DNA from: Candidatus Aenigmatarchaeota archaeon
Lineage (GTDB): Archaea > Aenigmatarchaeota > Aenigmatarchaeia > GW2011-AR5
Assembly: GCA_043803505.1 (NCBI GenBank)
Contig: JAZDJX010000009.1
Location: forward strand, 1 to 35,976
Direction of reading: 5' to 3'
DNA length: 35,976 nt
The translations under genes were made by a program, and so were the position numbers. Below the pieces are notes generated by a model. It worked only from the letters and a program-made list of their open reading frames with translations, did no database searches and was not told the DNA's origin. Shown piece after piece: positions 25,772 through 34,411 of this stretch (the stretch's first letter is position 1; every line of letters begins with the position of its first letter).

Positions 25772-25886
25772 AGTCTGCGAGAATTTTCGGCAAATTCAAA
25801 TCCATCAGAACTATCTAGAAAAATAGTGGCGGACGAGCGGTAAATTAATAAAATATGAAAGTATATTTAATGAAAGAGGTATTCGA

Positions 25887-26180
25887 ATGTCAGTTGAAGT
25901 TAAGATAAACAAAGAAAGAATAATTGTACCGAGCGGTGCTGTTACCTACATCGTTGACGAACTTCTTGCTGGACATATAGGTATAGATAAAGCAAGGCGA
26001 TATGTAGCTATGCAAAGGCAAAATGAATGTCTTCATCACGATTTAGGTTATGTAGATTTTGACAATTTAACAGATGGAAAACCCACTATTGTTGGAGATT
26101 TCTATAAAACTAATACAAGATTTGGACTCAAGATATCTGGTAACTGGGAAGAGACTTTTGAAAAACTAACAAAAAAGTGA
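25887..26180 (+). CDS. hypothetical protein
   Basis: AGAGGT RBS. Length 97 aa, no known motif. Confidence 0.5.
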   Translation: MSVEVKINKERIIVPSGAVTYIVDELLAGHIGIDKARRYVAMQRQNECLHHDLGYVDFDNLTDGKPTIVGDFYKTNTRFGLKISGNWEETFEKLTKK

Positions 26181-26270
26181 GCGAGCCCGTGGGAAACTTT
26201 ATACTACTCAAATTGAATCACTTGAAAATAAATAGAGTACTCTTATTAAATTTTGAATAATTTTACTAAT

Positions 26271-28952
26271 TTATCTCCTCTTCTTCTGCTGGTTGAATAG
26301 TTTTTCAATATCCTTTATTGTATTGATATCTTCCGGTCTTTTTTCGTCTGAACGGATGCGCAACAGTCGTGGGAAGCGAAGCGCATAACCACTTGGGTAT
26401 TTCGGGCTTTTTTGTATCTCCTCATAGCCGACTTCTATTACGAGTCTTGGCTTGACTTTAACGCTCCTGTCATTTTCTTCGATTATGAGCTCTTTTAGTT
26501 TTTTTGTCACTTCCTTAAGTTGCTCGTCGGTCAGTCCTGAACCCATCATGCCTGTTTCCAGAAACTTTTCTCCTTTTCGCGCTGCAAGAAGCAGTGAGCC
26601 AAGATATTCTGCGCGCCTGCCCTCGCCCCATGTGGCACCGGTTATGATTAAATCCAAAGGCTCCATTATAGGCTTTACCTTAAGCCAGAAACCAACACGC
26701 TTGCCTGGCTGATAAATAGCAGAAAGATTTTTTACTATCACGCCTTCCTGTCCGGCAGACAGCGCGGACTTGTAAAATTTCTCAGCATCTTTCAGTGTCT
26801 TTGTTTCTATATGATCCGCAAAGCAAAAGTTTTTTGTCTTCTTTACAACATCATTGAGTTTTTTCCATCGCTCGTGAAGAGGCTTGTGCATCCAATTTTC
26901 TCCATTGATGTAAATTAGTTCAAACAAATTAATCTGAACAGGTATCTCTTTCACCATTCTGTCAATGTCATATTTTCTCTGTATGCGCCGGGACAGTTGC
27001 TGAAAGGGCATTGGTTTGCCGTTCCTGTCAACAGCTAGAACCTCGCCTTCTATGATGCAGGTTTTTGCTTTTATGCACTCCTTGCTCCACTTCACAATTT
27101 CAGGAAACTGGTTTGTGACTTCGTCGAGGCGTCGTGAGAATATTTTTATTTCGCCTGCGTTCTTGTGAATCTGGCAGTTATGAAGAACTGCATTATTTGT
27201 GCAATAGCTTTCATCATCTTCAATTTGCAGATTATATAAACGAATTCTCGGATTAGGTCTTTTGATTTCTTCTTTTTTGAGTATTTTGTAGTATACATAT
27301 TGTCCATCACTAAACGCGTATTTTTTTGATTTTGGAACAATAATTTGATAGTATTCTTTTTTATAATTCTTTCTAGGCATCTTTACCATCATTCTTCTTA
27401 ATCCGAGAGGAATAGAGTGCATAATTCCTATTAACTGCGATAAGGAAGCTAATCTTCTCTCTTGGGTAATTATTTTTATTGTTCCCTGAATAGATTTGTA
27501 TCCATCTGATTCGCTCCATCCACGTAGAAAAGCCTTGAAATTAGATTTATTAATGTTTACAAACCACCAAGGTATTGTTTTCCCATGCCATTCAATTCTA
27601 AAATTTCTAGATAACCAAATACGAAGAGGTTTATCTCTCCAATATATAGAAATGGCATTACTTTTGTGTTTATATTCTGAAATTTCTTTAACCCCAAAAA
27701 TATCTCCAATTATTTTCTTATATTCTCTAATCAAATCCTTGTATTTTGAATTAAATATTAAACCAACCCTTTCGGTATTATGATATTCGTTTGTGAAACC
27801 ATCTCCAATCCAATATCCAAGAAATCTATAAAAATTTTCATCCATATTTATTTCTTTTTTATATCCAGACTCGTCTTCCAAGAGCATTTTATTTGGCAAG
27901 GTTTTATTTTGTAATCTTGGCAGAGAAAAAACAAGCATATCAGTGTTTTGTATATCATCAGAAGTCAACCATAATATTTTTTTTCCCCTTTTGCATAAAA
28001 TTTTATGTTTCTCAGAAATCCTAAATTCATTACCCATGTAAGACTGAAAACGGTATATTTTTTCATTTTTATCAATTATTCTCTTGTTTATTGCTATAAC
28101 TTTTTTGAATCTCCCCCTGTGGGTGAGGACACTATCTCCAACCCTCACATCTTTAACAGATTTCAAGCCATGGGGATTTGTATAAATTGCCGTATTTCCT
28201 GCAATGCAACGAAAGCCGTCATATTTAAATTCAAGAGCTGGCTCTTCAAATTTTTTCAGTGCTGTTTCCAGGTCAGGACTGCGATCTGCCAGCATGACGC
28301 GGACAGGCCGGCCGACCACAATCTTGGCTTTCATTTTTCCCTTCTTTGCCATTTCTGCCACATAACCGAAATCACCCATAACATCAAAACTTTTTTCGAC
28401 TTCCTTTGGCTCTTTGCCGAACGCCTTTGCTATAGCGTCGCGGACAATGCCTGCTGCAACGCCCATACGCATGTCACCCAGAATCGTCCGCACAATATAT
28501 TTTGCTTCCTTTGGGTCAGCAGAAGAAAGCAACTCTGATACAAGCGATATTTTACGCTCCTGCGAGCCCTTACCAAAAATTTCAGGTAGCTTCCGCAGAT
28601 TGTCAAAAACAAGGTCAATAGTCAGCTCTTTGTGAACAAGGGCTCTCTGCTTCCTATTTGATGAAAAAAATTCAGCTGTCAGCCCAAGGTCGCCGTTTTC
28701 CTTGAATTTTTTCATCATCTCTGCATCACTGGTGCCTGTGTTTTTTGCAATAATGCGCTTAACCAGCTCTGCAGCAATGCCCAAGTCAAGCTCTCCAGCT
28801 GAATAAATAGTGCCCATGGAAAGAAGCACAACCTTATACAAGTCTTGTGTAGGGCAATCACGATAAAAGTCGGCAAGTATGTCGCGCTTCTCGAGCTTTT
28901 TTGTTGTTGCTTCGAGCTTCTCGTAGAGATCAGCCAGTTTTTTGTAAAGCAT
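26271..28952 (-). CDS. lig: ATP-dependent DNA ligase precursor containing one intein
   Basis: Motif I EFKYDGFR is followed, after the insert, by CQIHK. Also EGEVLAVD, EGVIVK, FWLKVKP. The extein sum is 549 aa. Confidence 0.92.
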   Translation of the reverse strand: MLYKKLADLYEKLEATTKKLEKRDILADFYRDCPTQDLYKVVLLSMGTIYSAGELDLGIAAELVKRIIAKNTGTSDAEMMKKFKENGDLGLTAEFFSSNRKQRALVHKELTIDLVFDNLRKLPEIFGKGSQERKISLVSELLSSADPKEAKYIVRTILGDMRMGVAAGIVRDAIAKAFGKEPKEVEKSFDVMGDFGYVAEMAKKGKMKAKIVVGRPVRVMLADRSPDLETALKKFEEPALEFKYDGFRCIAGNTAIYTNPHGLKSVKDVRVGDSVLTHRGRFKKVIAINKRIIDKNEKIYRFQSYMGNEFRISEKHKILCKRGKKILWLTSDDIQNTDMLVFSLPRLQNKTLPNKMLLEDESGYKKEINMDENFYRFLGYWIGDGFTNEYHNTERVGLIFNSKYKDLIREYKKIIGDIFGVKEISEYKHKSNAISIYWRDKPLRIWLSRNFRIEWHGKTIPWWFVNINKSNFKAFLRGWSESDGYKSIQGTIKIITQERRLASLSQLIGIMHSIPLGLRRMMVKMPRKNYKKEYYQIIVPKSKKYAFSDGQYVYYKILKKEEIKRPNPRIRLYNLQIEDDESYCTNNAVLHNCQIHKNAGEIKIFSRRLDEVTNQFPEIVKWSKECIKAKTCIIEGEVLAVDRNGKPMPFQQLSRRIQRKYDIDRMVKEIPVQINLFELIYINGENWMHKPLHERWKKLNDVVKKTKNFCFADHIETKTLKDAEKFYKSALSAGQEGVIVKNLSAIYQPGKRVGFWLKVKPIMEPLDLIITGATWGEGRRAEYLGSLLLAARKGEKFLETGMMGSGLTDEQLKEVTKKLKELIIEENDRSVKVKPRLVIEVGYEEIQKSPKYPSGYALRFPRLLRIRSDEKRPEDINTIKDIEKLFNQQKKRR
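27177..28208 (-). mobile_element. intein (344 aa) with LAGLIDADG homing-endonuclease domain
   Basis: Starts CIAGNT and has block B VLTHRG. LAGLIDADG motifs FLGYWIGDGFT and FLRGWSESDGY. Ends VLHN with Cys at +1. Confidence 0.9.
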
Positions 28953-29044
28953 AAATAGATTTGTTTTTGTATTCTTAAAACCTTTATAAGAATTGTTATT
29001 GAAGAACTAAGGAATGAAACATATTGATGTGAGTAGTGTCAAAC

Positions 29045-29749
29045 ATGGCAATAAAGAAAAAATGGTATAACATCGTTGCGCCGAAAATGTTTAATGAGAA
29101 GATAATAGGCGAAACGCTTGCATTTGAGCCTGAGCATCTCATAGGAAGAAAAATTGATGTCAGCCTGATGTCGCTGACAGGCGATTATTCGCGGTTTTTT
29201 GTAAAAATTGCGCTTGAAATAGAAAAGGTTGACGACACCCAGGCATTGACAAGATTTATAGGACATGAATGTATGCGCGAGAGGATTTACCGCATGGTCC
29301 AGCGCAGGTCAAGGCGTATTGACTGCATCCAGACAATTGAAACAAAGGACAAAAAAAAGATGGTGTTGAAGACTGTTTTTATTCTTGCCAGAAGGGTTAG
29401 GACTTCGATAAAAGACGATGCAAGAAAAGAGGCACTAAAATTTATTGAGAAGGCTGCCAAAAAAACCATGTTCGGAGATTTCATTGTCATGATAATGACA
29501 GGCGAGCTACAGCACCGTCTTAAAAGGGACTGCAGCAAGATCTACCCTGTAATAGATGCTGAAGTTAGGATGAGCGAAGTTGTTGCCCAGGAAGATGAAA
29601 AAGGCGAAGTACTGGATGAAAAATCGATTGCAATAGCCAAGCCAAAAAATGAGATAAAGGTCAAGAACAAAAAAACCAAACCAATACATGTAACTGAGGA
29701 AAATGATGAAGCATCTGACGAAATTGAAAGCGCGCCGGAAGCGTTATAA
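29045..29749 (+). CDS. rps3ae: 30S ribosomal protein S3Ae (eS1)
   Basis: MAIKKKWYNIVAPKMF N-terminus and an acidic C-terminal extension. The ORF also opens at GTG 29036. Confidence 0.88.
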   Translation: MAIKKKWYNIVAPKMFNEKIIGETLAFEPEHLIGRKIDVSLMSLTGDYSRFFVKIALEIEKVDDTQALTRFIGHECMRERIYRMVQRRSRRIDCIQTIETKDKKKMVLKTVFILARRVRTSIKDDARKEALKFIEKAAKKTMFGDFIVMIMTGELQHRLKRDCSKIYPVIDAEVRMSEVVAQEDEKGEVLDEKSIAIAKPKNEIKVKNKKTKPIHVTEENDEASDEIESAPEAL

Positions 29750-29876
29750 AGATTCATATCCCAGAAAGATTCTTGATCCTAACAACAAGGAAATTAAATT
29801 TGAGCACGTAGCAAAGCTGGAAGCTCTTAGAATGTATTAAAGAATAGATATTCCTGAATGAATATCATGTTGCAAC

Positions 29877-30056
29877 TTATTCCTGAATATCCCAGTCAAC
29901 AAACCGTTTCATCAATATTGCAACAATTACGGCAAGCAGCGAAAGCATACTCATAACATACTGTCCGTCAAGAAGAGCAGTTATGAAATTAGAGAATATT
30001 ATGCCGCTTAGGAATGTTATTACTATGGATATCTTTTCCGAGAGTTTGCGTTTCAT
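29877..30056 (-). CDS. possible 59-aa two-TM membrane peptide (below the ORF-track cutoff)
   Basis: Translated by hand as MKRKLSEKISIVITFLSGIIFSNFITALLDGQYVMSMLSLLAVIVAILMKRFVDWDIQE. It starts 25 nt downstream of the C39-like gene. No clear RBS. Confidence 0.3.
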   Translation of the reverse strand: MKRKLSEKISIVITFLSGIIFSNFITALLDGQYVMSMLSLLAVIVAILMKRFVDWDIQE

Positions 30057-30081
30057 AAATATCTATTGAGGTTTTTGGTAT

Positions 30082-30771
30082 TTAAGCCTTGTTTTCTACC
30101 ATCTGAGTTCCTGATTGTATACCATCTACAATTATAATTCCATGATCGAACCAGCATAAATCACGTGCAGACTCAAATAATTTTTTATTTGTTTTTCTAT
30201 TTGGCATAGCGCTCTTTGGACCACTATCATGATACCAAACATTTTCATCATTCATGGAAGTTATAACACCATAGTGTCCCTTATAGCTGTTATCACGCCC
30301 ATCAAGAATATCGATATTAAACAAGAAAATTATTGGATTTTTATTTTCAAATTCTTGTGTAAGTTCTTGAAACGTCAGCCGTTTTTCTATGGTTTTATTT
30401 GAGTGTTTTATATCCTCAATGGCAGTTTTGACAGCACTAAAATTTGTATGCTCAATCATCCAATCAGCACGTTGTGCACAAAATGATTTTATTTTTTCAA
30501 CAGGGTCATTTTTAAGATATTCATCCAAACCATTTTCTCTGATGAAATATCTGAAATTTAACCCAAGCTCTAGAAATCCTTTTGCAATTTGTACAGGATA
30601 AGTAATTTCATCATCGTGCCTATCTGTAATATCATCAAGTTTTCTAAAAGAAAAATCTCCTTTATGACAAGTGTATTTTAACACGCTTTTCATGGTTGCT
30701 TGGGCACAGCGATATCCACGATTATGATAAAATGGTATATCAAGTAACATTACATCACCAGCAGTAAACAT
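30082..30771 (-). CDS. stand-alone peptidase C39-like (papain-fold cysteine peptidase) domain protein
   Basis: IPFYHNRGYRCAQATMKSVLKY (catalytic Cys region) and KGHYGVITSMNDENVWYHDSG (His plus acidic residue region). ATAAAAATAT box lies 27 nt upstream of ATG 30771. The ORF track opens at TTG 30786. Confidence 0.6.
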   Translation of the reverse strand: MFTAGDVMLLDIPFYHNRGYRCAQATMKSVLKYTCHKGDFSFRKLDDITDRHDDEITYPVQIAKGFLELGLNFRYFIRENGLDEYLKNDPVEKIKSFCAQRADWMIEHTNFSAVKTAIEDIKHSNKTIEKRLTFQELTQEFENKNPIIFLFNIDILDGRDNSYKGHYGVITSMNDENVWYHDSGPKSAMPNRKTNKKLFESARDLCWFDHGIIIVDGIQSGTQMVENKA

Positions 30772-30835
30772 GTCTCTATCAAACAAAAAATCTGTCGATA
30801 TTTTTATCTAATTGTGTGTCATATCTTTTTCCGTT

Positions 30836-31039
30836 TCAATATCTTGCTCCAATTGACAGTACTCTGCTTACATGCTCACAGCAAGGCTGTACATTATCCC
30901 TATGACTGCTATATTTTTCTCTATGCTCTATCATTCTATATTTTATAATTTGATTCAATAATGGATTTTGTATTCTGTCCATACTAATCCTATATCCTAA
31001 AGCTTCAACAACTTCACTAGGTTTTTCACTTTCAGACAT
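30836..31039 (-). CDS. 67-aa protein, candidate precursor peptide or maturase partner
   Basis: GGAGGTGA lies 9 nt upstream of the ATG. The ATG overlaps the maturase stop by 8 nt (ATGTCTGA). The C-terminal region is QPCCEHVSRVLSIGARY. Confidence 0.6.
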   Translation of the reverse strand: MSESEKPSEVVEALGYRISMDRIQNPLLNQIIKYRMIEHREKYSSHRDNVQPCCEHVSRVLSIGARY

Positions 31040-32147
31040 GCTCAGTTCTCACCTCCGCTTTTTTTAATTCTCTGCGAAGAGCATCACCGATATGTTGAAA
31101 CATAATTTTATAACCGGCACAATAATAATCTCTTGTGTTAATATCATTATTAAATGCATATGCGTTATGAACACAACCAGAATTACATATTTTTTTATAT
31201 TCACATGGTTGGCATGCTTTAGTTTCTTCGTCTCTTTTTATTAAATACTGACTGATTGGAGATTTCATAATTTTAGTTAAATCGTCTTCATTTATATTCC
31301 CAAGATTAAATGCAGAATCACCATGGAATCTCCCGCATGGATAGACGTTACCCTCTGGTCCAATTGACAAAAATTCACTTATACAAGATTCTGAGAAAGT
31401 GCAGCAACCTAATTGGCTGTCTGCCAATACGTTTCCAATTACCAAATCCAATGGGTTAACATTGATCCTATGTTCTTTTTCATAAAACCACATATCAAAT
31501 AATTTATTCATGGCATAGCCATATTCTTCAGGACTTACTAATAAATCATTTTGACTGTACTTTGTACGACCTGCACAGCTTAACGAGTTCACTTTTAGAT
31601 TTATTCCATTATCTCGAAAAAACTGGTATATTTCTTCCACATGGTTAACATTTCTTTTTGTCAGAATTGATATTGCTCCACTACCAATTTTTTTTTCTGA
31701 TACGAGTTTAACGGCTTTCATAACATCTTTAAAGCTTCCTTTCCCATTTTTGTATGGTCTGGCTGAATTGTGAATCCATTCCGGACCATCCAAACTTAAC
31801 CCCACATAAAAGTTATATTTTTGAAAGAAGTCAGCAAGATCCTCTGTTAACAAAGTTCCATTAGTTTGTATTGAATTTGCTATTTTATGATCTGAAAAAT
31901 TACTTTCAATATCAACAATTTCTCTATAGAAATCAAGACCGAGAAGCAACGGTTCGCCACCATGCCAAATAAAACGTGCTTCGTCATCCTTATCGCTGAA
32001 CTCTAAAACCTTCTCGATAGACTTTTTCAGTGTTCTGGAATCCATTATCCCAGATTCGGTTTTTTCATCTACATAACAATATTCACATGCTAAATTACAG
32101 GCATGTGTAGGTTTCATTATTACTGTAAAAGTCATAAAAGAGACCAT
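31032..32147 (-). CDS. radical SAM/SPASM-domain maturase (anSME-like peptide-modifying family)
   Basis: CNLACEYC, GGEPLL, QTNGTLL, SLDGP. The Cys-rich C-terminus reads GCCTF..C...YPCG...CQPCEYKKICNSGC...YYCAGYK. Confidence 0.85.
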   Translation of the reverse strand: MVSFMTFTVIMKPTHACNLACEYCYVDEKTESGIMDSRTLKKSIEKVLEFSDKDDEARFIWHGGEPLLLGLDFYREIVDIESNFSDHKIANSIQTNGTLLTEDLADFFQKYNFYVGLSLDGPEWIHNSARPYKNGKGSFKDVMKAVKLVSEKKIGSGAISILTKRNVNHVEEIYQFFRDNGINLKVNSLSCAGRTKYSQNDLLVSPEEYGYAMNKLFDMWFYEKEHRINVNPLDLVIGNVLADSQLGCCTFSESCISEFLSIGPEGNVYPCGRFHGDSAFNLGNINEDDLTKIMKSPISQYLIKRDEETKACQPCEYKKICNSGCVHNAYAFNNDINTRDYYCAGYKIMFQHIGDALRRELKKAEVRTEHV

Positions 32148-32164
32148 TGTAGATATGTTAGAAA

Positions 32165-32174
32165 TTTATTTAAA
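32165..32174 (-). promoter_or_regulatory. TATA box (TTTAAATAAA on minus strand) for the radical SAM/SPASM gene
   Basis: Centred about 23 nt upstream of ATG 32147, giving leaderless geometry. Confidence 0.35.
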
Positions 32175-32265
32175 CCGTTAGTGGGATTATCGACTCAAAG
32201 TCAGATGTTAATTATTATTGTTGGTTCTCTGATTTTTGAAATAATTATAGGCTAAATATATTGTC

Positions 32266-32475
32266 TTAAGCCTTCTTGTCAGCCGCGTTCACTGCTGCTG
32301 AGATGAATAGCGCAGAGCCAAGCACAACCAAAACAAATGAAACAAATACAGAAGTACCGAATGTGAATGTTGTAGTGCCTTCTGCCCACTCTATATTGCC
32401 TGCCATGAGTGCGCCTGTAAAAAAGAATATGGCTCCCAGAAGCCATAAACCATGAACATAGATGTCAAAATTCAT
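32266..32475 (-). CDS. small membrane protein (2 TM)
   Basis: LWLLGAIFFFTGALMAG and VFVSFVLVVLGSALFISAAV. Start at ATG 32475, or at GTG 32481. Confidence 0.5.
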   Translation of the reverse strand: MNFDIYVHGLWLLGAIFFFTGALMAGNIEWAEGTTTFTFGTSVFVSFVLVVLGSALFISAAVNAADKKA

Positions 32476-32549
32476 ATTCACACCATTTTTGAATTATAGT
32501 AACTACTACATAGTAAAGCTTTAAAAAGGTTACTCCGAATAGAAAACGC

Positions 32550-33734
32550 CTATCTTTTTTTCCTGCCTTTCTTTGGCTTTGTATGCTTTATTGCCTTTCT
32601 GGCAGGTTTGCCTTCTATTATCGGCCCGAGTGTCTGGACAAACCTGCGGACATACTCGCGTGTCGTTTCTATGTCACGCTGCGATATCTCGCCTATCTTG
32701 TCCTCGTCAAGCATCTTTCGCATGCTTATCACGCGATGAAGAACATCACTAAAATATGCGTCTATTTTGCCTGTGTCTATTAGATAATTTTTTATTGCCT
32801 TTGGCAGATCCTTAGGGTCCTCTGGCAGATTGTCAAGCCTTTTCAGCGCTGCTACAGCAGCCTTTATCATGACCTCGTAATTTTTCTGGACAACGCTTTC
32901 CTTCTTTTTCTTCTGGAGTTGAAGCAATAGCTGTTCCATTCTTGAAACATAGCTTTTGGCTTTTTGTATCATCTCGTCAAGTTCTGTCCCTGTAACATCC
33001 TTTATTTCCTTATGTTCAACCTTTTTTCTGAAATCTATAACCCTTTCAAGGTCAGCAAGATAATTTTCTTCAAGAAGCTTTTGGTCAACAAGATGTTCTT
33101 TTACTTCTGCTGGTGTGTGTTTAGGTGAAGACGGATTCATTCCAAGATACATAAGCACTGCCTGAGATGAGTTGAGCATGGCGTAATACAAATCTTCTGC
33201 TATCATGTATAATTTGGCTGTCTCAACGCGATTGATTTTTTGTGGCGCGGTTTCCATGAATTTTTCAACAGCCTCGAGCGTTGCCGGTATCTTGCCGAAC
33301 TCAAGCAGTTTTCTTATAGGAATGAAAAATCCTGTGTCGTACAATGCCCAGCCGTCTCTCACAATTGTATATAATAGCGGGTGGCCAATCCTTGCCATAT
33401 CCCAGAACTCAGTAAGCGTCCATGCAGGCTGTACTGTAATATTCTCATTTATCTTTTTTGCAATAAAATAAAGCTCGTCATCGAGCCTGTCCTTCATCTC
33501 TGGTGTAAGTCTTGCAACAGTATCGTCAACAATAACAAGCATGTCAATGTCACTTTTTTCGTGAAAGTCTCCCCTTACAAGCGAGCCGAAAAGAACAACC
33601 GCCTTGATAATATTCTTGTATTTCTTCATTACCTCTTCCTTGAACTGCTCTGCCAGCTTAAGCTGTCTTTTCTTGAGTGCTTCACGTTTCTTGTCGGTTT
33701 TCTTTTCATCCATTTTTTTCGTCATTAATACCAT
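32550..33734 (-). CDS. fused minimal nucleotidyltransferase (MNT) plus HEPN-like domain protein
   Basis: FGSLVRGDFHEKSDIDMLVIV (GS...DxD). A downstream helical region carries RKKVEH (Rx4H). Basic, coiled N- and C-termini. Confidence 0.6.
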   Translation of the reverse strand: MVLMTKKMDEKKTDKKREALKKRQLKLAEQFKEEVMKKYKNIIKAVVLFGSLVRGDFHEKSDIDMLVIVDDTVARLTPEMKDRLDDELYFIAKKINENITVQPAWTLTEFWDMARIGHPLLYTIVRDGWALYDTGFFIPIRKLLEFGKIPATLEAVEKFMETAPQKINRVETAKLYMIAEDLYYAMLNSSQAVLMYLGMNPSSPKHTPAEVKEHLVDQKLLEENYLADLERVIDFRKKVEHKEIKDVTGTELDEMIQKAKSYVSRMEQLLLQLQKKKKESVVQKNYEVMIKAAVAALKRLDNLPEDPKDLPKAIKNYLIDTGKIDAYFSDVLHRVISMRKMLDEDKIGEISQRDIETTREYVRRFVQTLGPIIEGKPARKAIKHTKPKKGRKKR

Positions 33735-33829
33735 TTCCAGAATTGATAATAATCTTTACTCTTAAGTAGTATATAAAGCTATCGTTCATTTGTTTTAATC
33801 TATTATACCACAAAAATTATTGATTGTAT

Positions 33830-34411
33830 ATGAATAAAAAGCTTGTTATAGGCGTTACAGGATGTTTTGGCAGCGGCAAAACAACTGTTGCAGGTATAAT
33901 AAAAAAATTTACAGACTGCTATGTCATAAATGCAGACGGCGTTGCAAAAAGAATTATGGCAGGAAAAATAAGGGAAGATATAAAATCAGCGTTCGGAACG
34001 ACTGACAGGAAGAAACTGACAAAAATTGTTTTCAATGACAAGAAGAAACTGGCATTGCTTGGCAGTATTGTTCATCCTCATGTTATCGGTGAAATAAATA
34101 AATTGGTAAAGGCATCAGGCAAGAAAATTGTTGTTATTGATGTGCCGCTGCTTATCGAATCGGGCATGCAGGATATGACTGACAGAATCATTCTCGTAAA
34201 ATGCAAAAAAAACGTGATTTTCTCGCGGCTCCGTGACAGGTTTACAAAGGAAATAGCTGAAAAGATAATCAAAAGTCAGTTGCCATTTGACAAGAAAAAG
34301 AAATATGCTGATTATGTGATTGATAATAGCTATTCGTTAAGCGAAACTAAGAAAAAAATTATGAAAATATGTAAACTTAATGGGATTTCTGGCTTTTTAG
34401 CGCTTCAATAA
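33830..34411 (+). CDS. coaE: dephospho-CoA kinase, bacterial/eukaryotic CoaE type
   Basis: IGVTGCFGSGKTT P-loop, DVPLLIESG, about 190 aa. Confidence 0.8.
   Translation: MNKKLVIGVTGCFGSGKTTVAGIIKKFTDCYVINADGVAKRIMAGKIREDIKSAFGTTDRKKLTKIVFNDKKKLALLGSIVHPHVIGEINKLVKASGKKIVVIDVPLLIESGMQDMTDRIILVKCKKNVIFSRLRDRFTKEIAEKIIKSQLPFDKKKKYADYVIDNSYSLSETKKKIMKICKLNGISGFLALQ

Noticed and set aside
5893-32147. Compositional islands (NAD cluster about 37% GC and RiPP-like locus about 32%, versus tfb about 45%)
   Set aside because: This rests on hand counts of single 60-nt lines only. Highly expressed informational genes are often GC-richer, so it is not reported as evidence of transfer without a proper windowed calculation.
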